Source of the DNA: an uncultured Pseudomonadota bacterium
Lineage (GTDB): Bacteria > Myxococcota_A > Polyangia > Fen-1088
Reading direction: 5' to 3'
Assembly: GCA_963847705.1 (NCBI GenBank)
Contig: CAWKBC010000027.1
Span: 1 to 64,000, forward strand
Length of the DNA: 64,000 nt
The notes beneath the pieces were generated by a model, which saw only the letters and a program-made list of their open reading frames with translations, did no database searches and had not been told where the DNA came from. The stretch's first letter is position 1. Every line of letters starts with the position of its first letter. Shown in pieces: positions 39,853 through 48,667 of this stretch. The translations under genes and the position numbers were made by a program.

Positions 39853-41760
39853 ATGCACCGCCGGCTCCTAATCGGATTCCTCGTTCTTCCGTTCGCCTGC
39901 TCGAGCAGTGGTGGATCGACCACCGGTACCGGCGGCTCGAGCGCCACCGGCGGGTCGAGCGCGACAGGCGGTTCGCACGCCACCGGCGGTTCGAACGCCA
40001 CCGGCGGGTCCACGGGGACCGGCGGATCGATCGGGACGGGCGGCTCTGCGACCGGCGGGTCGACGGGGACGGGCGGTGGTGCAGGCGCCAAGGGGGCGGG
40101 TGGGTCGACGGGGACCGGAGGCTCTGCGACGGGCGGCGCGACCGGCACCGGCGGCGCGGCCGGCGCCAAGGGGACCGGCGGGGCCGCGACCGGCGGGACG
40201 ACGGGAACGGCGGGCGCCGCCGGCACGGCCGATCAGTCGGTGCTCGAGCGGAACAAGAACCCGTCACGCGACGGCCTCTTCATCCAGCCGACCTTGACGA
40301 AGGCGGCGGCGGCGACGATGGCGGCCGATACGAACTTCAACAACGCCGCGACCTTCACCTCGGCCGTCACCAACGGCTCGAATGTGGCGGCATCGCCGGT
40401 CTACCTGGATGGCGCGACGAGCGGGGCGGGGCTGTTCTTCATCCCCACGGCTGGCGGCGACGTCGTCGCCCGCAAGGAGGACGGGACGAGTCAGTGGTCG
40501 ACGAGCATCGGCGCGCCGGCCACCGGCGGCATCGGTTGCTCCAGCTTTGCGACCACGCCGCCGCTCGGGATCCTCTCGACGCCGGTGATCGACGCGACGT
40601 CCAAGACGATCTACGTGGCGGGAATCGTCGGGAGCGCCTCGGGCGTGACCGGGCAGATCGCCAGCGCCATCGACATCACGACCGGAATGGTCAAATCCGG
40701 ATGGCCGGTGAAGGTCCACACCGTCGCCTCGTTCGATCCCACGATCCACAATCAGCGCAGCGCGCTGTCGCTGGTGAACGGCATCCTCTACATCGCGTAC
40801 GCCGGCTATGTGGGCGACTGCGGCAGCTACCACGGCCGTGTCGTTTCGATCGACACGGCCACCCCGACCACGACGGGGCAGTGGGCCACGGGGGACATGG
40901 GCGGCGGGATCTGGGCCAGCGGCGGCATGGCCGCCGACGGCAACAACATCTACGTCGCCACGGGCAACTACGTGCCGCTCGAGACCGCCCCCGCCACCCA
41001 CACCGACAGCGAGGAGGTCATCCGGCTCACCGGAATGGGGACGAAGTCGGACTTCTTCTATCCGTCGAGCTGGAGCAACTTCGACATGAACGACGGCGAC
41101 GTGGGAGCGAACAACCCCATGGTCATCACGGTGCCGGGCGCGACGCCCTCGAAGCTGGTGGTGGCGATCGCCAAGGGCGGCAATGGCTACCTGCTCGACG
41201 CCTCGCAGCTTCGAGGAACGACCAGCGGCAGCGCCGCCGGCGGGCAGCTCGCCACGTTCGCGCTGGCCAGCGGCAGCGGCATGAACATCTACGGCGCTCC
41301 GGCGTCGTACAAGACGGCGATGGGGACGTACGTCGCCATGTCGTCGGCCAGCGCCACCGGATGCCCGGGGGGCGGGACGGGACGCCAGCTCATGGCGGTG
41401 CGCATCACCCCCAGCCCGCTGGCGGCCTCGGTCGTCTGGTGCGCCGCGATGGGAAGCGCCACCAACCCCATCGCCACCAGCAGCGACGGGACGTCCGACG
41501 CGATCGTCTGGTACGCGAACAGCGGCAAGCTGATGGGTGTGGACGGCGACACCGGCGCCACCATCTACAGCAGCACCAACACCTGCTCCGGGGTCCCGAA
41601 GTGGAGCTCGCCGATCGCCGTCAAGGGCCGGATCATCGTGGCCGGGAACGGACATCTCTGCGCCTGGGGCATCCCCGGAGCACTGTCGCAGGCCCCGCAG
41701 CCGGCGAAGCCGGGGCGCCACAAGCGCACGATCGCCAGCGCGGCCCACACGCAGGGCTGA
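39853..41760 (+). CDS. PQQ-like beta-propeller lipoprotein, paralog 2
   Basis: Own signal peptide and lipobox (MHRRLLIGFLVLPFAC), GT linker, same motifs as paralog 1 (ADQSVLERN..PSRDG). Confidence 0.85.
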   Translation: MHRRLLIGFLVLPFACSSSGGSTTGTGGSSATGGSSATGGSHATGGSNATGGSTGTGGSIGTGGSATGGSTGTGGGAGAKGAGGSTGTGGSATGGATGTGGAAGAKGTGGAATGGTTGTAGAAGTADQSVLERNKNPSRDGLFIQPTLTKAAAATMAADTNFNNAATFTSAVTNGSNVAASPVYLDGATSGAGLFFIPTAGGDVVARKEDGTSQWSTSIGAPATGGIGCSSFATTPPLGILSTPVIDATSKTIYVAGIVGSASGVTGQIASAIDITTGMVKSGWPVKVHTVASFDPTIHNQRSALSLVNGILYIAYAGYVGDCGSYHGRVVSIDTATPTTTGQWATGDMGGGIWASGGMAADGNNIYVATGNYVPLETAPATHTDSEEVIRLTGMGTKSDFFYPSSWSNFDMNDGDVGANNPMVITVPGATPSKLVVAIAKGGNGYLLDASQLRGTTSGSAAGGQLATFALASGSGMNIYGAPASYKTAMGTYVAMSSASATGCPGGGTGRQLMAVRITPSPLAASVVWCAAMGSATNPIATSSDGTSDAIVWYANSGKLMGVDGDTGATIYSSTNTCSGVPKWSSPIAVKGRIIVAGNGHLCAWGIPGALSQAPQPAKPGRHKRTIASAAHTQG

Positions 41761-41779
41761 CCTTCGCAGCGAGGCTGCC

Positions 41780-43126
41780 TTACTGAGTTGGGCAGGCGGT
41801 GATGGAGGTGATCCAGCTGTCGATCAGGGCGGTGGCCTGCGTGTCCACCACGTAGGAGGCGATGAGCGGCATGCGGCCGTGATGGCCGCTGCTGTCGTCG
41901 GGCGGCGCCTTCATCCGGATCGACATGACGGACAGCTCGGGATGGCCCGGCGCCAGGGTCACCGGGTTGGTCAACCCGAACCCGCCCGTCGCCGGGGTGA
42001 CGTTGCAGATGTTCCTCACGGCCAGCGGGAGTCCGAACCGGAGGTCCAGGCAGGGGTCGGTGGTGCAATCGACGTCGTCGTCCGGGCGGTGGCAGAAGGC
42101 GCAGTTCGCGTGCAGGTAGGTCGTCGCCTTCTGCTCGACCGTCGCGGATGCCGGCGGGCTCCCGAGTTGCGACGTCGTCGGCTCGATGAGGGCCGCCTTG
42201 TACGGCGTGGGGATCGGCGCCTCGAAGACGCCCATGGCCTGGAGCTTGTCGAGCTGATTGGATCCGCCGACCACCCGATTCATCTGGGCGGTCTCCAGGC
42301 CAAGCACGGCGTAGCCCTTGTCCGGGATGTGGCAGGTCATGCAGTCGTCCTGCGAGGGGAAGTGCCAGTCCACGGTGCGCTGACCAGTTGCGAAGCTCTC
42401 CTCGTCGCGGACGTTCGGCTCGAGGGTGGCGTCCGTCTGGGCCTGGTCCCACTTGTACGAAAAGCCGCCCCAGGTGGTGGCGCTGAAGTGCATGAACAGG
42501 CGCGTTTCGAGCAGCTTGCCGTCGAAGAGGAAGCTCTTCACCATCACCGTGCCGACCGGAAGCTTCCACTTGCCGTCATCGGCGTAGTCGCGGGAGCCGG
42601 GGCACTCCGACGGATTCGCCGAGCAGTTCACCACGTGAATCTGGGCGCCGTTCGGCAGCGCCATGCCGCGGGTCTTGTCGGCCCCGTCGGACCAGAGGGG
42701 GCTGTTGACCTCGTAGGGGAAGACCGAAGGAGCGAGCGCCGTCGTATCGGTCGGGCTCATGCAGCCGGTCTGGCTCAGCATCTGAATGGGTTGGGTCATG
42801 TCCGCGAACGGCACGCAGGTTTGCGGCAAGGCGGCGTTGCCGGCCGTGCCCCCGGCGCCGGCCGTGCCGCCCCCGGCGCCCGCTGAGCCGCCACCGGCGC
42901 CCGCCAATCCCCCGCCAGCGCCCACCCCGCCGCCGTTGCCATTTCCTGTTCCGCCGGTGTTGCCGGGACTGCCACCTTTGCCCCCCTGGTCGGACCCGGT
43001 GCCGCAGCTGACAGCAACAAGGGACGCAGCGGCGACCGCGAGGGGAAGTCGAAGCCACTGCGCGCTCGAGGTTCGTTTGTGTCGGAAAGAGATCATCGAA
43101 GGGAGCTCCGCCCAAGGATATGGCAT
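41780..43126 (-). CDS. Di-heme cytochrome c lipoprotein (SO2930-like)
   Basis: LSQTGC, YEVNSPLWSDGADK, PVGTVMVKSF, LETR, CMTCH, YLHANCAFCH, RMPLI. Confidence 0.85.
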   Translation of the reverse strand: MPYPWAELPSMISFRHKRTSSAQWLRLPLAVAAASLVAVSCGTGSDQGGKGGSPGNTGGTGNGNGGGVGAGGGLAGAGGGSAGAGGGTAGAGGTAGNAALPQTCVPFADMTQPIQMLSQTGCMSPTDTTALAPSVFPYEVNSPLWSDGADKTRGMALPNGAQIHVVNCSANPSECPGSRDYADDGKWKLPVGTVMVKSFLFDGKLLETRLFMHFSATTWGGFSYKWDQAQTDATLEPNVRDEESFATGQRTVDWHFPSQDDCMTCHIPDKGYAVLGLETAQMNRVVGGSNQLDKLQAMGVFEAPIPTPYKAALIEPTTSQLGSPPASATVEQKATTYLHANCAFCHRPDDDVDCTTDPCLDLRFGLPLAVRNICNVTPATGGFGLTNPVTLAPGHPELSVMSIRMKAPPDDSSGHHGRMPLIASYVVDTQATALIDSWITSITACPTQ

Positions 43127-43227
43127 CGCCTGGGGGGGATCTTCACTGAGAACGCGCCAAAATTCGCTGGATTGCGGGACCGTCGGCCGGGCCGCCGAAG
43201 CGCAGCGGCAGCCCGGTCAGCGGACCA

Positions 43228-44292
43228 TCAGTTGCCTTTGGGCGCCAGCAGCAGACCCCAGGGAAGCCCGCCGACCTTGATCCGCTTTTCGACCACGCCG
43301 GTGGCCGCGTCGACGACGGAGATGTCGTTGGAAGGGCCGTTGGCAGTGAAGAGCTTCTTGCCGTCGGGGCTGACGGCGATCCCCCAGGGACGGGCACCGA
43401 CGCCGTCGATGAGACGGGTGACCTTGCGGGTGGCGACATCGATGACGGCGACCGCCTCGCCGCGCCCCATCGTCACGTAGAGTGTCTTGCCGTCGGGCGC
43501 CAACGCCAGCCCCATGGGCCGCGGGCCGAGGACGGTCTTGGCCACCGGCTCGATCTTGATGTGGTCGGTGGCGGCGTTCTTGGCCACGTCGATGACCGTC
43601 ACCTCGCGGCCGTTCTCGCAGCTGGAGAAGGCCGTCTTGCCGTCGGGAGTGAAGATGATCCCGCGCGGGCGCGGGCCGGTGGGGATCTGGGCCAGCACCT
43701 TCAGCTTGTGGGTGTCGACGGCGGTGATCTCGTTGTCGGACTCGGAGGTGACGTAGACCGCCTTGCCGTCGGGGCGGACGGTGACCCCCTCCGGCTCGTG
43801 GCCGACCGGGACCTTGTGCTTGACCTTCCCCGAGGCGAGGTCGAGCACGCTCATCTCGGCGGTCTCCTCGTTCGAGACGTAGAGCGTCTTGCCGTCGCGC
43901 GACAGATCGAACGACTCCGGATCCTGGCCGCTCTCCAGCGTGCGGAGGAGCTTGTGGCTGGCGAGATCGACGACGCCGACCCCGTCGGCGGTGCGATCGC
44001 CGGGCGGCAGCTTCGATTCATCGACGCCGGGCCCCCCGCGCGGCGATCCGGAGAGCGCGACGTAGAGCAGCTTGCCTTCGCGCGACAGCTTGATCCCGCG
44101 CGGGCGCTTGCCGACGGGGATGCGGGCGGCGACCTCCCCCTTGTCGACGTCGACCACGATGATCTCGCCGCTCTCTTCGCCGCTGACGTAGACCTCGGTG
44201 GCGGCCCGGGCGCCACCGGCGTGGCCCAGCGGTGCGACCAGGGACACGGCGATGAGTGCCAGCAGACCCGGGGTGCGCAAGGGGTACGACAT
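43228..44292 (-). CDS. YVTN-repeat beta-propeller, similar to the PQQ-catabolism-associated propeller
   Basis: Repeated IPVGKRPRGI / PDGKTLYV units; signal peptide; divergent from pqqA. Confidence 0.85.
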   Translation of the reverse strand: MSYPLRTPGLLALIAVSLVAPLGHAGGARAATEVYVSGEESGEIIVVDVDKGEVAARIPVGKRPRGIKLSREGKLLYVALSGSPRGGPGVDESKLPPGDRTADGVGVVDLASHKLLRTLESGQDPESFDLSRDGKTLYVSNEETAEMSVLDLASGKVKHKVPVGHEPEGVTVRPDGKAVYVTSESDNEITAVDTHKLKVLAQIPTGPRPRGIIFTPDGKTAFSSCENGREVTVIDVAKNAATDHIKIEPVAKTVLGPRPMGLALAPDGKTLYVTMGRGEAVAVIDVATRKVTRLIDGVGARPWGIAVSPDGKKLFTANGPSNDISVVDAATGVVEKRIKVGGLPWGLLLAPKGN

Positions 44293-44385
44293 GCCGCATG
44301 GATACAGCAGGTCTCGCTTGGCGGCGACAGGTTTTGGCCTTCGGACTTACGACGAACGTCGGATTTGCGGCCCCCCATCGTACCC

Positions 44386-44413
44386 TTGACTCGCCCGGCT
44401 ATCGGCGCAGAAT
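44386..44413 (+). promoter_or_regulatory. Putative sigma70 promoter for a leaderless pqqA
   Basis: TTGACT-N16-CAGAAT ending 7 nt before the ATG; no Shine-Dalgarno. Confidence 0.45.
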
Positions 44414-44420
44414 AACGGCC

Positions 44421-44597
44421 ATGAAGTGGGAAACCCCGGCCTTCGTGGAGATCAACATGAGCGCCGAAATCGGCGGGTACGGCAGCGACTTCACCGACCG
44501 CGACCCCTGGGGCCCGGTGGCGACCGGCAAGCCCGCAGGCGCGACCAAGCCCGCTGGCAAGACCGAGCGCGACGCGACCGACACCGTTCGGCGCTAA
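44421..44597 (+). CDS. pqqA: PQQ precursor peptide PqqA with C-terminal extension (58 aa)
   Basis: MKWETPAFVEINMSAEIGGY: W-x-x-P leader and E-x3-Y core; directly upstream of pqqB. Confidence 0.88.
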   Translation: MKWETPAFVEINMSAEIGGYGSDFTDRDPWGPVATGKPAGATKPAGKTERDATDTVRR

Positions 44598-44650
44598 CGG
44601 TCCGACCAAGTCACAGCCGACCAATTCGATCAAATCCACCGGAGGGTCGA

Positions 44651-45559
44651 ATGCAAGTCCGCGTCCTCGGTTCCGCGGCCGGTGGCGGTGTGCCGCAGTG
44701 GAACTGCGGCTGTGAGAACTGCCGAGACGCGCGGCGCGGGACGGGTGTCGTGCGGCCCCGGACGCAGGAGACGGTCGCGGTCAGCGCCGACGGCGCCTCC
44801 TGGTTCCTGCTGAACGTCTCCCCGGAGATTCGCGCGCAGATCGAGAGCTTCCCGCCGCTCACGCCGCGCGCACCGCGCCACTCGCCGATCGCGGGGCTGA
44901 TCCTGACGAACGGCGACCTCGACCATTGCCTGGGCCTCCTGTCGCTGCGGGAGTCTCACCCGCTGACCGTCTATGCGACGGCGAGCGTGCGGGCCGGATT
45001 CACCGGGGGCAACGTGCTCTACCGGACCCTGGAGCGGTTCGAGGGGCAGGTGACCTGGCGCGCGCTCGACGTCGATCCGGGGCGGGCGCAGCCGCTCGGC
45101 GATTCGGGGCTGACGGTCACGGCGATCGCCACGCCCGGGAAGCTGCCCCTGCACCTGGAGGCGACCTGCACCCACTCGGCCGGGGACAACATCGGGCTCG
45201 TCATTCACGACACGCGCACGGGCGGGCGGCTGGCGTATTTCTCGGGGGTGGCCGGTCCGGCCCCGGCGATCTCGCGTGCTCTCGGCGACGCGGACGTGCT
45301 GTTCTTCGACGGGACGTTCTGGTCGAGCGACGAGCTGATCGCGGCGGGGCTCGGCACGCGACGCGCGGAGGAGATGGCGCACTGGCCAGTGGGGGGCGCC
45401 GAGGGGAGCGCGGCGTTTTTGGCTGGGCACCGGGGGCGGAAGCTCCTGATTCACGTCAACAACACCAATCCAATCTTGCGCGAGACCAGCGCGGAGCGAC
45501 GGGCGCTCGACGCCGCGGGGATCGAGGTCGCCGTCGACGGTCTGGAGCTGTCGCTGTGA
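44651..45559 (+). CDS. pqqB: PQQ biosynthesis protein PqqB
   Basis: VLGSAAGGGVPQWNCGCENC, DLDHCLGL, FDGTFW, IHVNNTNP. Confidence 0.96.
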   Translation: MQVRVLGSAAGGGVPQWNCGCENCRDARRGTGVVRPRTQETVAVSADGASWFLLNVSPEIRAQIESFPPLTPRAPRHSPIAGLILTNGDLDHCLGLLSLRESHPLTVYATASVRAGFTGGNVLYRTLERFEGQVTWRALDVDPGRAQPLGDSGLTVTAIATPGKLPLHLEATCTHSAGDNIGLVIHDTRTGGRLAYFSGVAGPAPAISRALGDADVLFFDGTFWSSDELIAAGLGTRRAEEMAHWPVGGAEGSAAFLAGHRGRKLLIHVNNTNPILRETSAERRALDAAGIEVAVDGLELSL

Positions 45560-46287
45560 GCGCGGGCGACCCGCAGACCTTGCCGTCGTCTGAACTGCTG
45601 ACGCCCGACGAGCTGGTGGCGCGGCTGCGCGCCGAAGGGGTCCGCCGCTACCACGACCAGCATCCGTTCCATCAGCGGATGCACGCGGGGAAGCTCTCCC
45701 GCGCGGAGCTCCAGACCTGGACCCTGAACCGCTACTACTATCAGACGCGGATCCCGATCAAGGACGCGATCATCGTCTCCAAGTCGGAGGATCCGGCCTT
45801 CCGGCGGGCCTGGATCCGGCGCATTCACGATCACGACGGCGAGGCGCCCGACACCGGGGGCCTGGCGCAGTGGCTGCGGCTGGCCGAGGCGGTCGGGCTC
45901 GCGCGCGACGAGGTGGCCAGTTGCCGGCGCGTGCTGCCGGGGGTGCGCTTCGCCTGCGATTCCTACGTCGCGCTCTGCCGTGACAGCCCGCTGGTGGTGG
46001 CGGTCGCCTCGTCATTGACCGAGATGTTCGCGCCCGATCTGATGGCGAAGCGGATCGCGGCCTGGGAAGAGCACTACCCCTGGGTCGGCGCCGAGGCGCT
46101 CGGCTACTTCCGCGGGCGCGTGCCGCGCGCGCGCCGCGACGGCGAAGAGGGGCTGGCCTTCGTGGTGGCCAACGCCCGCTCGCGTGCGCTGCAGGAGGCC
46201 TGCGTGGCGGCGCTGGTGCGCAAGACCGAGATCCTCTGGCACCTGGTCGACTGCGTCGAGGCGGCGAGCGTGCGGAGCCCGGCATGA
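45556..46287 (+). CDS. pqqC: PQQ synthase PqqC
   Basis: YHDQHPFH, NRYYYQTRIPIKDA, RIHDHDG, ASSLTEMFAP. Confidence 0.96.
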   Translation: MSAGDPQTLPSSELLTPDELVARLRAEGVRRYHDQHPFHQRMHAGKLSRAELQTWTLNRYYYQTRIPIKDAIIVSKSEDPAFRRAWIRRIHDHDGEAPDTGGLAQWLRLAEAVGLARDEVASCRRVLPGVRFACDSYVALCRDSPLVVAVASSLTEMFAPDLMAKRIAAWEEHYPWVGAEALGYFRGRVPRARRDGEEGLAFVVANARSRALQEACVAALVRKTEILWHLVDCVEAASVRSPA

Positions 46288-46574
46288 TCGGCCCCGACTC
46301 CCGGGTCAGCCTGGCGCGCCAGGCGCGGCTCAAGCTCGATCCGCGCACCGGCCGGCAGATGCTGCTTTATCCCGAGAAGGGGCTCGACCTGAACGACACC
46401 GCGGCCCGGGTCGCGGCGCTCTGCCGCGAGGAGCGGGCGGTCCGGGACATCGTCGAGCGGATGGTCGCGGCGGCCATCGACAGCCCGATCGCGCGCAGGC
46501 AGATCGAGGACGAGGTGCTGGCCTTCCTGCGGGCGCTCGAGGACCGCGGCCTGCTGATGGTGCGCAACCCGTGA
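46284..46574 (+). CDS. pqqD: PQQ peptide chaperone PqqD
   Basis: LLYPEKGLDLN; position between pqqC and pqqE. Confidence 0.93.
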   Translation: MIGPDSRVSLARQARLKLDPRTGRQMLLYPEKGLDLNDTAARVAALCREERAVRDIVERMVAAAIDSPIARRQIEDEVLAFLRALEDRGLLMVRNP

Positions 46575-47677
46575 CGGCCGACCAGGTCCCGCGCCCGTAC
46601 ACGCTGATCGCCGAGCTGACCTACCGCTGTCCGCTCTCCTGCGCCTATTGCTCGAACCCGCTGGAGCTCGCCCGCCACGATGCGGAGCTGACGACGGAAG
46701 ATTGGGCGCGCGTCTTCGCCGAGGCCGCCGCGCTCGGCGTCCTGCAGGTCAACCTGACCGGCGGCGAGCCGCTGGTCCGCGGGGATCTCGAGGCCCTGGT
46801 GGCTGCGGCGCGGAGGAGCGACCTCTACATCAACCTCATCACCAGCGGCATCCCGGCCAACCCCGAGCGCCTGGCGCGCCTTGCCGCCGCCGGGCTCGAC
46901 AGTCTCCAGCTCTCCGTGCAGGACAGCGATCCGCACGGCGCCGCCTGGATCGCCGGGCGCGACGACCTTCCGGCCAAGATGAGGACGGCGGCGGCGACGC
47001 GGGCCCTGGGGCTGCCGCTCACGCTCAACGTCGTCCTCCACCGCGGCAACATCGCGCGCGTCGGCGAGTTCGTGGCGCTGGCCGAGCGCCTCGACGCCGC
47101 CCGCCTCGAGCTGGCCAACACGCAGTACCTCGGCTGGGCGCTGGCCAACCGCGAGGCGCTGCTGCCGTCGCGCGCGGCCGTCGACGAGGCGCGCGCCGTC
47201 GCGCTGGCCGCGCGCGACCGTTTGCGTGGCAAGATGGAGATCCTCTTCGTGCGCCCCGACTACCACGCCGATCGCCCGCGCGCCTGCATGGACGGCTGGG
47301 CCCGCCGTTACATCGTCGTCACGCCTGACGGGATTGCGCTCCCTTGCCACCAGGCGCTGGAGATCGCCGCGCTGTCATCGTCCTGGGAGAACGTCCGCGC
47401 CCGCGGGCTGGCCGACATCTGGACCGATGGCCCCGGCTTCCGCGCCTTTCGCGGCGAGGCCTGGATGCCCGAGCCCTGCCGGACCTGCGACGAGCGGACG
47501 GTCGACTTCGGCGGCTGCCGCTGTCAGGCCTTCGCGCTCCTCGGCGACGCGGCCGCCACGGACCCTGCCTGCGCGCTGGCCCCGCGGCATGACCTGGTGA
47601 TCGAGGCGCGCGCCCACGCCGCGGACGCGCCCGCCGAATCGCCGCTCCGGCTGCGCCGCCTGCGTCAGGTTTCATGA
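46571..47677 (+). CDS. pqqE: Radical SAM PqqE
   Basis: AELTYRCPLSCAYCSNP, SPASM CMDGW...GGCRCQA. Confidence 0.96.
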   Translation: MTADQVPRPYTLIAELTYRCPLSCAYCSNPLELARHDAELTTEDWARVFAEAAALGVLQVNLTGGEPLVRGDLEALVAAARRSDLYINLITSGIPANPERLARLAAAGLDSLQLSVQDSDPHGAAWIAGRDDLPAKMRTAAATRALGLPLTLNVVLHRGNIARVGEFVALAERLDAARLELANTQYLGWALANREALLPSRAAVDEARAVALAARDRLRGKMEILFVRPDYHADRPRACMDGWARRYIVVTPDGIALPCHQALEIAALSSSWENVRARGLADIWTDGPGFRAFRGEAWMPEPCRTCDERTVDFGGCRCQAFALLGDAAATDPACALAPRHDLVIEARAHAADAPAESPLRLRRLRQVS

Positions 47678-48654
47678 AGACCGCCGCGATCGAAGTCACC
47701 GATCTCAAGAAGCGCTACGCGGAGGTCGAAGCGGTGCGCGGCATCGGCTTTTCTGTGATGGCCGGGGAGATCTTCGGGTTCCTGGGTCCCAACGGCGCGG
47801 GCAAGACGACGACCATCAAGATCCTCTGCACCCTCTTGCAGGCGACCTCGGGGACGGCACGGCTGGCCGGGCTCGACGTGGCGACCTCTCCCGCAGAGGT
47901 CCGTCGCCGGATCGGCGTCATCTTCCAGGACCCGGCGCTCGACGATCGGCTGACCGCCGACGAGAACCTGATGCTGCACGCGGTGGCCTACCGCGTCCCG
48001 CGGGCCGATCGCCGCGGCCGCATCGACGAGGCGCTGCAGTTCGTCGACCTGTTCGAGCGCCGCAAGGATCTGACCCGCACCTTCTCGGGCGGCATGAAGC
48101 GCCGGCTGGAGATCGCGCGCGGCCTGGTCCACCGCCCCGACATCCTGTTCCTCGACGAGCCGACCACCGGCCTCGATCCGCAGACCCGCGCGCGAACCTG
48201 GGAGGTGCTGCGCGGCCTGCGGGAGAAATACGGCACGACATTGTTCCTCACCACGCACTACATGGACGAGGCCGAGAACTGCGATCGGATCGCCATCGTC
48301 GACCACGGCCTGATCGTCGCGCTCGACACGCCGGCCGCGCTCAAGCAGCGGGTCGGCAAGGATCAGATCGCGGCGCGAACCGCCGATCCCGCCGGGCTGG
48401 CCCGGCTGCTCCTGGAGAAACATGGCCTGGCCAGCACCCCGGCGGACGGCGGCCTGACGTTCCTGGTCCCCGAGGGGGACGCCTTCATCGTGAAGCTGCT
48501 GACCGCCTCCGATCGCCCACCGCTGGAAGGGATCAGCGTGCGCCGCCCGACGCTGGACGACGTGTTCCTCTCGCTGACCGGGCGCCAGATCCGCGCCGAG
48601 GGGGCCGAGGGGAACGCGGCCAAGCTGCGCGCCCTGGTGCGGAGGCGGGGATGA
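47674..48654 (+). CDS. ABC transporter ATP-binding protein (DrrA-like)
   Basis: GPNGAGKTT, FSGGMKRRLEIARG, LDEPT, TTHYMDEA. Confidence 0.92.
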   Translation: MKTAAIEVTDLKKRYAEVEAVRGIGFSVMAGEIFGFLGPNGAGKTTTIKILCTLLQATSGTARLAGLDVATSPAEVRRRIGVIFQDPALDDRLTADENLMLHAVAYRVPRADRRGRIDEALQFVDLFERRKDLTRTFSGGMKRRLEIARGLVHRPDILFLDEPTTGLDPQTRARTWEVLRGLREKYGTTLFLTTHYMDEAENCDRIAIVDHGLIVALDTPAALKQRVGKDQIAARTADPAGLARLLLEKHGLASTPADGGLTFLVPEGDAFIVKLLTASDRPPLEGISVRRPTLDDVFLSLTGRQIRAEGAEGNAAKLRALVRRRG

Positions 48655-48667
48655 TCCGGAGGCGCGG

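Noticed and set aside
38113-41760. Single 1215-aa two-propeller protein
   Set aside because: An internal signal peptide and lipobox at 39853 and a one-base repair at the G7 run show two separate genes
44421-47677. Novel RiPP cluster (peptide + radical SAM + exporter)
   Set aside because: PqqB, C, D and E are all canonical and the peptide has the E-x3-Y core, so the product is most likely PQQ
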